Assembly (NCBI GenBank): GCA_964453225.1
Contig: CAYVNS010000003.1
Span: forward strand, 29,218 to 93,217
Direction: 5' to 3'
DNA length: 64,000 nt
DNA from: an uncultured Rhodospirillaceae bacterium
GTDB taxonomy: Bacteria; Pseudomonadota; Alphaproteobacteria; UBA9219
Positions 50,530-60,816 of the stretch are shown here, in pieces (positions within the stretch are counted from its first letter, which is position 1; each line of letters starts with the position of its first letter). A program made the translations under genes and the position numbers. A model generated the notes under the pieces. The model saw only the letters and a program-made list of their open reading frames with translations. It was not told where the DNA came from and searched no databases.

Positions 50530-51399
50530 ATGAATCTGATTATCGGCTTTTTTACCGTCGTCCTTTGTACGCTGGTCACGTATGCGCTCGAAGGCGGCAA
50601 CATGAAGGTGTTGGTGGAAGCCGCGCCCGCCGAAGTCGTGATCATGGGCGGCACCGCCCTTGGCGGCTTTATCATCTCGAACCCGGTTATCGTTATCCGG
50701 CGCGTGGGGCGCGCTTTCGGCATGATCCTGCGAAAGCCCAAATTCAACAAGGAATCCTATATCGAGCTTTTGTGCCTGCTTTACCAGGTGTTTAAGCTCG
50801 CCAAGACCAAGGGGCTGTTGGTGCTTGAGCAACACATCGAAAATCCGCAAGACAGCTCGCTCTTTCAAAAATTCCCCGGTTTTTTGCGCGAGCACCACGC
50901 CGTTAGCTTTCTTTGCGACTACCTTCGGCTTGTTACCTTAGGGTCGGACAAACCTTACGAGCTGGAAGCCCTCATGGAAGAGGAGCTGGACGTGCATCAC
51001 AACGAAGCGGGTGGCGCCGTTAAGGCCGTTACGAATATCGCCGACAGCATGCCGGCCATCGGCATCGTTGCTGCCGTGCTCGGCGTTATCAAAACCATGG
51101 GCGCCATTTCCGAACCGCCGGAAGTATTGGGCGCCATGATCGGCGGCGCCCTTGTCGGAACTTTCTTGGGCGTGTGGACCGCCTACGGCATGTTTGGGCC
51201 TTTTGCCAATTCAATGGAAACCTTTTTCGCCGCCGAGGCAAAATACCTTCAGTGCATCAAAGTCGGGCTTTTGGCCCACTTGCAGGGTTTTGCGCCGTCC
51301 ATCTCCGTTGAATATGCCCGCAAGACGCTTCTGAGCGAGATCCGGCCCACATTTATCGAACTTGAGGAAGCGACGTCGGCCTTGCCGCCGCCGGCTTAG
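50530..51399 (+). CDS. motA: Flagellar motor stator protein MotA
   Basis: Four TM segments, a cytoplasmic loop and the conserved C-terminal plug region. 289 aa. Confidence 0.85.
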   Translation: MNLIIGFFTVVLCTLVTYALEGGNMKVLVEAAPAEVVIMGGTALGGFIISNPVIVIRRVGRAFGMILRKPKFNKESYIELLCLLYQVFKLAKTKGLLVLEQHIENPQDSSLFQKFPGFLREHHAVSFLCDYLRLVTLGSDKPYELEALMEEELDVHHNEAGGAVKAVTNIADSMPAIGIVAAVLGVIKTMGAISEPPEVLGAMIGGALVGTFLGVWTAYGMFGPFANSMETFFAAEAKYLQCIKVGLLAHLQGFAPSISVEYARKTLLSEIRPTFIELEEATSALPPPA

Positions 51400-51413
51400 A
51401 GGGGGACGCGCCT

Positions 51414-52361
51414 ATGGCGGACCAGCCCGTCATCATCATCCGGAAAAAGAAGAAGGGGGGGCATCCTCCGCACCACGGCGGCGCTTGGAAAGTCGCCTAT
51501 GCCGACTTCGTAACGGCCATGATGTCGTTCTTCTTGCTTCTTTGGCTTTTGAACGTAACGACCAGCGAGCAGCGCAAAGGCATCGCCGATTATTTCTCGC
51601 CTGCCGGCATTTCGAAATCCGAATCCGGCGCGGGCGGCGTATTTGGAGGCCTTTCGATCACGACGACCCGCGGGGGCGAAATGGCGGACCGCTCGCCGCC
51701 GTCGGCACAGGAAGCGACTATTCCGACCGTCGGGCAAGGCGAGGAAGGCGATGAGGATATCAGCGGCACCGGCGACGGCAGGCCGGGCAAGCTGGAGGAA
51801 GTCCCGAAGGACGTCGCGACCGTGGCCGCCGCCATGAAGCAGGAGGAAGACGCTTTCAAGGCCATGGAAGTCAGCCTGAAGCAGGCCATCATGGAAAACC
51901 CCGAATTCGCCGCTTTTGCCAATCAGATTGTCGTGGACCGGACATCGGAAGGCTTGCGCATTCAAATTCTGGATCGTGACAAATTTTCGATGTTTCCTTC
52001 GGCCAGCTCTATTCCCTTTCTGCGCGCGCGTGACTTGCTTTTGATGATCGGACGCGTCATCGCTCAGCTGCCGAACAAGATTTCGATCACGGGGCACACG
52101 GACGGCTTGCCGTTCATGCCCGGATCCGGCCGCGACAACTGGACGCTTTCGACGGATCGGGCCAACACGACACGCGAGTATCTTGTGAGAGCCGGCGTCG
52201 GCGAAAAGAATATTGAGCGCGTTTCGGGCCGCGCGGATCGCGAGCCTTTTACCGACGATCCCAAAGATCCCCGCAACCGGCGCATCAGCATCGTTTTGCT
52301 GCGGCGCGCCCTGCCGCCGGCGGAGATGCAGACGCCCGGACAGGCGGAATCTCCAAAATAA
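51414..52361 (+). CDS. motB: Flagellar motor protein MotB (OmpA-like peptidoglycan-binding)
   Basis: WKVAYADFVTAMMSFFLLLWLL (TM with the conserved Asp). OmpA domain ISITGHTDGLPF...NRRISIVL. Confidence 0.85.
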   Translation: MADQPVIIIRKKKKGGHPPHHGGAWKVAYADFVTAMMSFFLLLWLLNVTTSEQRKGIADYFSPAGISKSESGAGGVFGGLSITTTRGGEMADRSPPSAQEATIPTVGQGEEGDEDISGTGDGRPGKLEEVPKDVATVAAAMKQEEDAFKAMEVSLKQAIMENPEFAAFANQIVVDRTSEGLRIQILDRDKFSMFPSASSIPFLRARDLLLMIGRVIAQLPNKISITGHTDGLPFMPGSGRDNWTLSTDRANTTREYLVRAGVGEKNIERVSGRADREPFTDDPKDPRNRRISIVLLRRALPPAEMQTPGQAESPK

Positions 52362-52363
52362 GG

Positions 52364-53191
52364 TTATAACCCAGGCTTGATTTGCCGTGTCGGGGGCTCG
52401 CTTGGCGTCCGAGAGGGCTTGATGTTCTTATGCAAAGCCTTTGAATAAAATCGACAGGCCATGGCTGTAAAAAGAACAATACTGACAGCGACGGCTTGCT
52501 CTTTTGGCAGCACCTGATAGAGGCCGTAACAGGAAGCGACCAAGCCCGGCGCACCAATGCTTTCGGCAAGCGCGTTGGGGTTGTTTTTCAAATACTCCTT
52601 GCGATAGTTGGCGTCCGCTTTGATGCGCGCCAGAAAAGGGGCGTCTTTATCGAGCACGGGTTTCTCGACCTCTTCGCCTTGTTTTATGGTGCCGCGGATA
52701 CATGCGGACGTAAAATATAAAGCCGAGGCAATGGCAAGAGGTATATTGTGAAGAGCAAGCCCGGCAATCAAATAGCTGATGGAGGCCACCGCATCTATGG
52801 CCGTGCCGCTTTTTATGATCGTATCCCTTTGGCGAATTTGTTTTTCTTCTTTTTCAGTATAGGCTTCTTTTGCGGGAACGGCATCGATCGGTATCGTATA
52901 GATAATTGAGGAAAGGAAAAACAGGGTTAGGGCCACCCCCATCGCCACTTCCCCCATCGTGGCCGTTCCGCTGGTAACGTGGTTTAACGTTTGCAGGATT
53001 GTCGATGCGGCAGCGCCCGAATTTCCAATAATCTTGAGAGCGCCGGACAGATAAAGACCTTTGCGGCCCAGCATGTCCTTTGCCTTCGACCGTCGTTGTG
53101 CAATTTCAAATTGAGCTAGCTTAAAAAGGCCTGAGACGAACGGTTCTTCAGAAAACCGGCTTTCGTCCAATGTTACTTCATTCGAAGGCAC
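52364..53191 (-). CDS. Hypothetical membrane protein (275 aa) in an AT-rich islet
   Basis: Several hydrophobic helices. No recognisable family. Markedly lower GC than the flanking genes. Confidence 0.4.
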   Translation of the reverse strand: MPSNEVTLDESRFSEEPFVSGLFKLAQFEIAQRRSKAKDMLGRKGLYLSGALKIIGNSGAAASTILQTLNHVTSGTATMGEVAMGVALTLFFLSSIIYTIPIDAVPAKEAYTEKEEKQIRQRDTIIKSGTAIDAVASISYLIAGLALHNIPLAIASALYFTSACIRGTIKQGEEVEKPVLDKDAPFLARIKADANYRKEYLKNNPNALAESIGAPGLVASCYGLYQVLPKEQAVAVSIVLFTAMACRFYSKALHKNIKPSRTPSEPPTRQIKPGL

Positions 53192-53472
53192 AGTAACTAT
53201 CCTAATATACTATAAACTGGCGGTTAATGAGACATCCTACCAAATGAGCTTTTAAATTGCGAAGTCATTTCAAGAGATTCTCCCCGTAATTGCTAATCTA
53301 TAGGCTTTCAAATGACCCAGCCGCCGATTGTATGCCAAATTACTCCTACCCCCCTTTATCCCCAAAAACTTCGGCTTAGTCCTTGCGCTGGTTAGATTCC
53401 TTTCCTATATAACCCAAAGACATGGCGCGTTCTTAAGAATGTAGCCCTTTGATTCGAAAGGAATATTATCCA

Positions 53473-55386
53473 ATGGCAAAAGTTATCGGCATCGACCTTG
53501 GCACCACGAACTCCTGCGTTGCGGTCATGGAAGGCTCGGGCACGACTGTTATTCATAATGCCGAAGGCGCGAATACGACCCCTTCCATCGTCGCCGTCAC
53601 AAACACGGGCGAACGCCTTGTCGGGCAAGCCGCCAAGCGCCAGGCTGTGACCAATCCTGCCAACACGCTTTACGCCATCAAACGCCTCATCGGACGCCGG
53701 TTCGACGATCCCATGGTGCAAAAAGACATCAATTTGATGCCCTACAAGATCGTGCGCAATTCAAACGGCGACGCTTGGGTCGAAGCGGCGGGCAAAGCCT
53801 ATAGCCCTTCCGAAATTTCGGCCTTTATTTTGGGCAAAATGAAGGAAACAGCCGAAGCTTACTTAGGCGAAAAAGTTACGCAGGCGGTCATCACCGTTCC
53901 CGCCTATTTCAACGACAGCCAGCGCCAAGCCACCAAAGACGCGGGGAAAATCGCTGGCCTTGAAGTCTTGCGCATCATCAATGAGCCGACGGCCGCCGCT
54001 CTGGCCTATGGCATGGAGAAGAAGAAATCCGGCACCGTGGTCGTTTATGATCTTGGCGGCGGCACGTTCGACGTTTCGGTTCTTGAGATCGGCGACGGCG
54101 TTTTCGAGGTGAAATCCACCAACGGCGACACGTTCCTTGGCGGCGAAGATTTCGACACGCGCATTATGGACTACCTGTGCGACGAATTCAAAAAAGAACA
54201 GGGTATCGACCTGCGCAACGACAAGCTGGCCTTGCAGCGCCTGAAAGAGGCGGCCGAAAAGGCCAAGATTGAGCTGTCGTCTTCGATACAGACGGAAGTG
54301 AACCTGCCGTTCATCACAGCCGATCAGACCGGCCCGAAGCATCTGTCGATCAAACTGACTCGTTCCAAGCTGGAATCCCTGGTCGACGATTTGCTTCAAA
54401 GAACCATCGAGCCTTGCCGCCTGGCATTGAAAGACGCCGGCATCAAGCCTGCCGATATCAACGAAGTCATTCTGGTCGGCGGCATGACGCGCATGCCGAA
54501 GGTCATCGACTTGGTGAAAGACTTTTTCGGGCGGGAACCGCATCGCGGGGTCAATCCTGACGAGGTGGTTGCCGTGGGCGCGGCTATTCAGGGCGGCGTC
54601 TTGAAGGGCGATGTGAAGGACGTTCTTTTGCTGGACGTAACGCCGTTGTCGCTGGGCATCGAGACGCTTGGCGGCGTTTTCACGCGCTTGATCGACCGCA
54701 ACACGACCATTCCAACCAAGAAGAGCCAGGTCTTTTCGACCGCCGAGGACAATCAAAACGCCGTGACAATCCGCGTGTTTCAGGGCGAACGCGAAATGGC
54801 GGCGGACAACAAGCTGCTTGGCCAGTTCGATCTGGTGGGCATTCCTCCCGCCCCGCGCGGCGTGCCGCAGATCGAGGTGACGTTCGACATCGACGCCAAC
54901 GGCATCGTCAGCGTCACGGCGAAAGACAAGGCGACGAACAAGGAACAGCAAATCCGCATTCAGGCTTCGGGCGGATTGTCCGAAGCGGATATCCAGCGTA
55001 TGGTTAAGGAAGCGGAATCCAATGCCGCGGACGACAAAAAGCGCCGCGAGGCCGTGGATGCCCGCAATCAGGCGGATGCGCTAATCCATCAAACCGAAAA
55101 GACCGTGGCCGAGCTAGGCGACAAGATCAGCCAAACGGACAAGACCGCGGTCGACAGCGCGGTTGCGGACCTAAAAGCCGTTCTGGATTCCGGCGACGCC
55201 GCCGCGATCAAGGCCAAGGCCGACGCCTTGACCCAAGTGGCGATGCGGATCGGCGAGCAGCTTTATAAGGCCAAGCAGGAAGGCGCAGCGCCAGGCGCGG
55301 CGCCCGAAGGCGCGCAAGCGCAGCCCGACGCCGGCGTGGTCGACGCCGAATTTAGCGAGGTCAAGGACGACAAGAAGAGCGCATAA
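53473..55386 (+). CDS. dnaK: Chaperone DnaK (Hsp70)
   Basis: [18 protein letters not shown]..., [25 protein letters not shown], and the C-terminal [10 protein letters not shown] lid tail. Confidence 0.95.
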   Translation: MAKVIGIDLGTTNSCVAVMEGSGTTVIHNAEGANTTPSIVAVTNTGERLVGQAAKRQAVTNPANTLYAIKRLIGRRFDDPMVQKDINLMPYKIVRNSNGDAWVEAAGKAYSPSEISAFILGKMKETAEAYLGEKVTQAVITVPAYFNDSQRQATKDAGKIAGLEVLRIINEPTAAALAYGMEKKKSGTVVVYDLGGGTFDVSVLEIGDGVFEVKSTNGDTFLGGEDFDTRIMDYLCDEFKKEQGIDLRNDKLALQRLKEAAEKAKIELSSSIQTEVNLPFITADQTGPKHLSIKLTRSKLESLVDDLLQRTIEPCRLALKDAGIKPADINEVILVGGMTRMPKVIDLVKDFFGREPHRGVNPDEVVAVGAAIQGGVLKGDVKDVLLLDVTPLSLGIETLGGVFTRLIDRNTTIPTKKSQVFSTAEDNQNAVTIRVFQGEREMAADNKLLGQFDLVGIPPAPRGVPQIEVTFDIDANGIVSVTAKDKATNKEQQIRIQASGGLSEADIQRMVKEAESNAADDKKRREAVDARNQADALIHQTEKTVAELGDKISQTDKTAVDSAVADLKAVLDSGDAAAIKAKADALTQVAMRIGEQLYKAKQEGAAPGAAPEGAQAQPDAGVVDAEFSEVKDDKKSA

Positions 55387-55405
55387 AATCTTTAAGCGAA
55401 AATGA

Positions 55406-55440
55406 AAAAGGGGCTTTCCGACAAGGAAGGCCCTTTTTCT
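55406..55440 (+). terminator. Probable rho-independent terminator after dnaK
   Basis: aaggggctttcc..ggaaggccc hairpin followed by a TTTTT run. Confidence 0.5.
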
Positions 55441-55494
55441 TGTGCCCAAGCCAAGCTATAACGGAAGCGTTTCCCGTTAATTTTAGGGCCTTTC

Positions 55495-56712
55495 ATGCAG
55501 CGCATCGTCATTACCGGCCTAGGGGTCGTTTCGCCCATCGGCAAATCCGTACCCGAGTTCCGCTCGAACCTGTTCGAAGGTCGCGGAAGCATCGGCGCGC
55601 TTAAGCTTCTTTTCAGGAATCAGGAGATTTATTATCCGGCCGCAGACATCAAGGCTTTTAAGGCCGAGGATTATATCGATCCGAAGAAAGTTCCGATGCT
55701 GGATCGTTTTGCCCAGCTGGCCGTCGCGGCGGCGGTCGAGGCGTTTCGCGATTCCGGGCTTTCGCTGAACGATGAGATGGCGGAAAACATGGCCGTCATT
55801 ACGGGAACAGGCGCCGGGGGCCAAAATACGCTCGACGAATCCTATCACAAGCTTTTGTTCAACGGCGGGTCGGGACGTGTGCATCCGTTTACCGTTCCGC
55901 GCCTGATGGTGAACGCAGGATCGAGCCAGATCAGCATGGCCCTTGGCATCAAGGGGCCGGGATTCTCCGTCGCCAGCGCGTGCGCGTCGGCCATTCATGC
56001 AATGGGCATTACGCTTTCCATGATGCGTTCGGGATTAATCGATAGGGCTATTACCGGAGGGGCGGAATCCTGCCTTACGATTGGGACGCTCAAAGGCTGG
56101 GAGGCTCTGCGGGTCATGTCGCCGGATCTTTGCCGCCCGTTCTCCGCCGGGCGCCTTGGCATGGTTTTGGGCGAAGGCGCCGCCATGCTTGTTCTTGAAA
56201 CCGAGGAAAAAGCGAAACAGCGCGGCGCGAAGATATACGCGGAATTCGCGGGCTTCGGCATGAGCTCGGACGCCAAGGAACTGACCACGCCTGACGCGAG
56301 CGGCGCTTCGCGCGCCATCGTCAACTGCCTGCGCGACGCGCGCCTCGCGCCGCAGGATGTCGATTACATTAACGCGCACGGCACGGGCACGCGCGTTAAC
56401 GATACGACGGAGACCATCGCCACGAAAATCGCTTTAGGCGACCATGCGCGAAACATTTGCCTGTCTTCGAGCAAATCCCTTTTCGGTCATGCGCTGGGCG
56501 CGGCAGGGGCTTTGGAAATGATCGCCACGGTTCTGGCGTTGCGCGAAAACGTGGCCCCGCCCACGATCAATTATCAGGAGCCCGATCCCGAATGCGATTT
56601 GGATTACGTGCCGAATACCGCGCGGCCGACAAACATCGACGTGGCGCTTAACAACTCGTTCGCCTTCGGAGGGCTGAACGCCTCGGTCGCTGTGAAGAAA
56701 TACGCCGGTTAA
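55495..56712 (+). CDS. Beta-ketoacyl-ACP synthase (KAS II / FabF-like)
   Basis: Active-site Cys in SVASACAS. HGTGT, and His in GHALGAAG. Confidence 0.85.
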   Translation: MQRIVITGLGVVSPIGKSVPEFRSNLFEGRGSIGALKLLFRNQEIYYPAADIKAFKAEDYIDPKKVPMLDRFAQLAVAAAVEAFRDSGLSLNDEMAENMAVITGTGAGGQNTLDESYHKLLFNGGSGRVHPFTVPRLMVNAGSSQISMALGIKGPGFSVASACASAIHAMGITLSMMRSGLIDRAITGGAESCLTIGTLKGWEALRVMSPDLCRPFSAGRLGMVLGEGAAMLVLETEEKAKQRGAKIYAEFAGFGMSSDAKELTTPDASGASRAIVNCLRDARLAPQDVDYINAHGTGTRVNDTTETIATKIALGDHARNICLSSSKSLFGHALGAAGALEMIATVLALRENVAPPTINYQEPDPECDLDYVPNTARPTNIDVALNNSFAFGGLNASVAVKKYAG

Positions 56713-58100
56713 GCGCGAGCGCACGCCAAGATGTGGGCTTTGACGCTGTTAAAGCTGGCCGGAAGTTTCGTGGTGCGCTGGGGCTTTTTCATAAGGGCCG
56801 TAACGCTTGGAGGCACGTCAATATTCTCGACTTCCGCCAGAGCCATGGCCTCGGGAAACTTGGCATAATGCGCGGTAGCAAGGCATACCACGGGAGCCTG
56901 CAAATTGAGCGCCGGATCGCGCGCGACGTGGAAACCTACCGCTGTGTGGGGATCGATCGCATAGCCGTATTGCTTGTATACGCCGCTTATGGTGGACAGG
57001 GTTTCCGCATCGGTGGCGCGGCCCGCTGCGAAAAGCTTTTGCGCGCGCGCGAGTTCCGGCGCCGTGACTTTAAAACTGCCTTTTTCCCTTAAAGCCCCCA
57101 TAAGTTCACGTACGCGCGGCGAATCGCATTCGCAAATATGGTAAAGCAAGCGTTCAAAATTGCTGCTGATCTGGATGTCCATGCTGGGACTGAGAGTCGA
57201 GCGCACGCTGTCCGTTTTCATCTCGCCGGTAGCGAAAAAGCGAGGAAGAATGTCGTTGCTGTTGCTGGCGACAACAAGTTTACGCACCGGAAGCCCGCAC
57301 ATTGTCGCGGCATAGCCCGCAAAAACATCGCCAAAGTTCCCCGTCGGCACAACGAACGTCGGCACGCCTTCAAGCTTGCGCGCGGCGTCAAAGTAGTAGA
57401 CGATTTGCGCCATGATGCGGAGCCAGTTGATGGAATTCACGGTATTGAGGTTCTGGCTCTTACGAAACGGCTCGTCGGCAAAAAGCCCTTTGACGATGGC
57501 CTGGCAATCGTCGAAGCTGCCGTCAATCTCCAGCGCATGCACGTTATTATCGGGCACGCATGTCATCTGCCGGCGCTGGATCTCCGTCGGGCCTTTCGCC
57601 GGGTAAAGAATAAACACCTCGATATTTTTGCGTCCCGCCAACGCCGCGATGGCCGCCGAGCCCGTATCGCCGGAAGTGGCGCCGACGATGGTCATTCGCC
57701 CGCCGGAATCTTGCATAAAGGTTTCGAACGTGTGGCCAAAAGCCTGCAGGGCGACGTCCTTGAAAGCCAAGGTGGGGCCGTGGAAAAGTTCCAGGGAATA
57801 AAGGCCTTTTTTAACTTGTATAAGCGGAGTCACTTCCGGCGAATCGAAAACGCTATAGGCTTTTCCGATGATCCTTTGCAGTTGCTGATCCGACAGCGCA
57901 TCTGCCGTAAAGGGCCGCATGACGCTAAACGCGATGTCCTGATAGGACATATCGCGCATGGATGCGATATCTTCCGATGAGAACTGCGGCCAGCTTTCGG
58001 GCAGATAAAGGCCGCCATCGGGCGCGAGCCCCGTCAGCGCTGCGGTGCGAATATCGACTTGCGGCGACTGGCCGCGCGTGCTGCGAAAAGACAGAGCCAT
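56709..58100 (-). CDS. thrC: Threonine synthase
   Basis: PLP-lysine FHGPTLAFKD; GNFGDV. The start at MALSF overlaps the pepP stop as TAATG. Confidence 0.85.
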   Translation of the reverse strand: MALSFRSTRGQSPQVDIRTAALTGLAPDGGLYLPESWPQFSSEDIASMRDMSYQDIAFSVMRPFTADALSDQQLQRIIGKAYSVFDSPEVTPLIQVKKGLYSLELFHGPTLAFKDVALQAFGHTFETFMQDSGGRMTIVGATSGDTGSAAIAALAGRKNIEVFILYPAKGPTEIQRRQMTCVPDNNVHALEIDGSFDDCQAIVKGLFADEPFRKSQNLNTVNSINWLRIMAQIVYYFDAARKLEGVPTFVVPTGNFGDVFAGYAATMCGLPVRKLVVASNSNDILPRFFATGEMKTDSVRSTLSPSMDIQISSNFERLLYHICECDSPRVRELMGALREKGSFKVTAPELARAQKLFAAGRATDAETLSTISGVYKQYGYAIDPHTAVGFHVARDPALNLQAPVVCLATAHYAKFPEAMALAEVENIDVPPSVTALMKKPQRTTKLPASFNSVKAHILACARA

Positions 58101-59893
58101 TAATCGATCATCCTTGTGGCGTTTTCCAGCCATTGCGCTGTTTCACTATCTATATAGGGAGCGAGCTCATGCCTCACGCGTTTATGATAGGCGTTGAGCC
58201 AGGCTAATTCGCCGGCGACCATAAGGGATGTATCGACCAGATGCAAATCTATTGGGGCTAAGGTTAAGGTCTCGAAGCCGAGGAGCTTGCGCTTGCCTAT
58301 GACCATGCCCGGAACTTCGATGATCAACTGCAGGTTTTCAATGCGGATGCCGTAGGCGCCTTCTTCGTAATACCCCGGTTCGTTCGAGAGAACCATGCCT
58401 TCTTGCAGCGGCGTTTGGCTGCGCTTCGTGATGGACTGCGGGCCTTCGTGAACGCACAGATAAGTGCCGACGCCGTGGCCCGTGCCGTGATTGTAATCAC
58501 GCCCTACGGCCCACAAGTATTGGCGCGCCAGCGCATCGATCTCGCACCCCATGGTTCCTTGCGGAAAGCGGATGGATGCAAGCGCGATGTGCCCCTTAAG
58601 AACCCGGGTGAAGTTTTCGCGCATGGCGACCGAAGGTTCGCCAAGGGCAACGGTGCGCGTGACATCGGTTGTACCCTCATAATACTGCCCGCCGCTGTCG
58701 AGAAGGTAAAGCTGACCGCGCCTAAGGCGGGCGTTGCAGGCTGGCGAAGACGTATAGTGGATAAGGGCGCTGTTCTCCCCCGCCGCAGAAATGGTTTCGA
58801 AACTGGGGCCCCGATAATTTGGATTCGTTTTGCGGAAGCTTTCAAGCTTTTCCTGCGCATCTCGTTCGGATAAATTCTCTTTTTCCCAATGCGTATCGAG
58901 CCATGCCAGAAAAGCCGTTAGCGCGGCGCCGTCAAAGATATGCGCCTTGCGCATGCCCGCCTGCTCGGTCTTGTTTTTGACAGCGCGCGGCAGGGCACTG
59001 GGATCCTGCCCTTTTTCCAGCTTTGCCCCCGCCATTTCGAGGATATCCACGATTCGTCCGGGCGTATGAATCGGATCCACGAGAATTCTTTTCTCTTCAT
59101 ACGCAAGTTTTTCCAAAAATTTCGGAAAAGCGTCGGGCGGATGAAAAGAAATTTCCGGCCCGAGGCGCGCACGTAGATCGTCGTTTTCAAGGATCGGGTC
59201 GATAAACCAGTCGACCGACGCGTCGTCATGCAGAATCGCACGGCTGAAAACCACGGGGGCATAAGGCGCGTTGGCGCCGCGCACATTCATGAGCCAGGCG
59301 ATTGAGAATACGTCGGCAATAACGGCGGCATTGCACTTTTGTAGCTTCAACGAGGCTGCTATTTCATTTCTTTTCTCGGCGGAGCTTTTGCCTGCATATT
59401 TCATCTCGTAAACGCAGGCATGCGTTCGGGGCGTCGGCGGTCGATCCGGCCATACGGCATCCACAAGGTTTTGGTCGATGGGAACGGCAAAAGCGCTTTT
59501 TTCCGAAAGCGCTTTATGCAAATTTTCGGTTGCCGATGCCGTATGGAGCCACGGATCGTAAGCGAGGCGCAGGCCCGGCGACGTGTTTTCTTCCAGCCAG
59601 GCCAGAGCCGATTTGTCGGCAATATCAAAAAGGGCAAACACGTCTTTTGGCACTTGCCGCGCCGCCTGCAAGGTATAACGGCCATCAACAAAAAACAGGG
59701 CTTTGTCTTTCAACACGATAAGCGTCCCCGCCGAGCCGGTAAAACCCGTGAGGAATTCGATACGGCGCGACGAGGGCGCAACATAGTCGCTTTGATATTC
59801 GTCCCCGCTTGGCACGATATAGCCATCGCATCCGAAACGGGCGATTTCGGCGCGTAACCGGGCAAGGCGCTGTGAATACTCGGGTTTCGTCAT
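58100..59893 (-). CDS. pepP: Xaa-Pro aminopeptidase (M24B, PepP-like)
   Basis: N-terminal creatinase-like domains. Metal ligands in YNHGTGHGVG, EPGYY and GIRIEN. Confidence 0.8.
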   Translation of the reverse strand: MTKPEYSQRLARLRAEIARFGCDGYIVPSGDEYQSDYVAPSSRRIEFLTGFTGSAGTLIVLKDKALFFVDGRYTLQAARQVPKDVFALFDIADKSALAWLEENTSPGLRLAYDPWLHTASATENLHKALSEKSAFAVPIDQNLVDAVWPDRPPTPRTHACVYEMKYAGKSSAEKRNEIAASLKLQKCNAAVIADVFSIAWLMNVRGANAPYAPVVFSRAILHDDASVDWFIDPILENDDLRARLGPEISFHPPDAFPKFLEKLAYEEKRILVDPIHTPGRIVDILEMAGAKLEKGQDPSALPRAVKNKTEQAGMRKAHIFDGAALTAFLAWLDTHWEKENLSERDAQEKLESFRKTNPNYRGPSFETISAAGENSALIHYTSSPACNARLRRGQLYLLDSGGQYYEGTTDVTRTVALGEPSVAMRENFTRVLKGHIALASIRFPQGTMGCEIDALARQYLWAVGRDYNHGTGHGVGTYLCVHEGPQSITKRSQTPLQEGMVLSNEPGYYEEGAYGIRIENLQLIIEVPGMVIGKRKLLGFETLTLAPIDLHLVDTSLMVAGELAWLNAYHKRVRHELAPYIDSETAQWLENATRMID

Positions 59894-59921
59894 GAAGATG
59901 CCATAAGACTATTTTTACCTA

Positions 59922-60815
59922 TCATGCCCTCTTCGGGCGACGGAAGGCAAGCACCGTCCACTCGCCGATCTTCATGCGTTCGAAGAGAATCAGGCGCTGC
60001 TTTTTATGCGCGGCGATAACATCGGCCGCCTGCGTATTCAGCAAACCCGACAAAATGGCTATCCCGCCGGGCCGTAAATTTTTCTTTAAATCCTTCGCCA
60101 TCTCGCACAACGGCTTGGCGAAGATGTTGGACATGATGAGGTCAAAAGGGGCGTGCCCGGCAATAAGACGCGCCGCATAGCCGTTTCCATGCGCAAACCG
60201 AACCTTGGATGCGAGATCGTTAGCGCATGCGTTTTTCTTGGCAATGTGCGCGGACGCCTTGTCGAGATCGACGCCAAACGCCTTACATCCCGTTTTTTGC
60301 GCGCAGGCCATCGCAAGGATGCCCGATCCGCAGCCTATGTCGGCCATCGTTTCGGGAAGAAAACCGTTTTTTAAAATTCTGTGAAGCATAAGAAGGCATC
60401 CCCGCGTTGTCGGATGCTCGCCGGTTCCGAAAGCGCTTGTCGCGTCGATCTGAAGCGCGTTTTTGCGGTCGGGAACTTTTTTTCTGTGCGCGGCGCCATG
60501 AACGGTCCATGGGCCAATTTTTAGCGGCGGAAAATCTGCCGCCACCTTTTTAAGCCAATCGAGAAAAGGGGCGGGACATATTGATAACGTCGGCGGCTTC
60601 ATCCCCATCGCGGCCGAAAGAACGGCAAGTTTTGTTGCGACCAGCGCTTTATCGGGCTTGGAATCGGCAAGGATTTCGATACGCGCCTTCGCGCTTCGCG
60701 GCGGCGCAAGAACCGTAACGGCGACAGATTCTTTTTCAAAAGCAGCGCTTAAACGTTCGGCAAAGCGCGCGGAGACGGAAACTTTTATAAGCCAAAGGTT
60801 ACTGCGGCGACGCAT
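59922..60815 (-). CDS. prmA: Ribosomal protein L11 methyltransferase
   Basis: SAM-binding DIGCGSGILAMA and the TSAFGTGEHPTT motif. Confidence 0.8.
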   Translation of the reverse strand: MRRRSNLWLIKVSVSARFAERLSAAFEKESVAVTVLAPPRSAKARIEILADSKPDKALVATKLAVLSAAMGMKPPTLSICPAPFLDWLKKVAADFPPLKIGPWTVHGAAHRKKVPDRKNALQIDATSAFGTGEHPTTRGCLLMLHRILKNGFLPETMADIGCGSGILAMACAQKTGCKAFGVDLDKASAHIAKKNACANDLASKVRFAHGNGYAARLIAGHAPFDLIMSNIFAKPLCEMAKDLKKNLRPGGIAILSGLLNTQAADVIAAHKKQRLILFERMKIGEWTVLAFRRPKRA

Positions 60816-60816
60816 C

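Noticed and set aside
50530-52361. MotAB pair as a Zorya-type anti-phage stator
   Set aside because: ZorA carries a very long C-terminal tail and is accompanied by zorC/zorD. Here MotA is a standard 289 aa with no tail and there are no partner genes.
53863-54951. 362-aa minus-strand ORF overlapping dnaK
   Set aside because: It is antisense to dnaK and is a shadow ORF.
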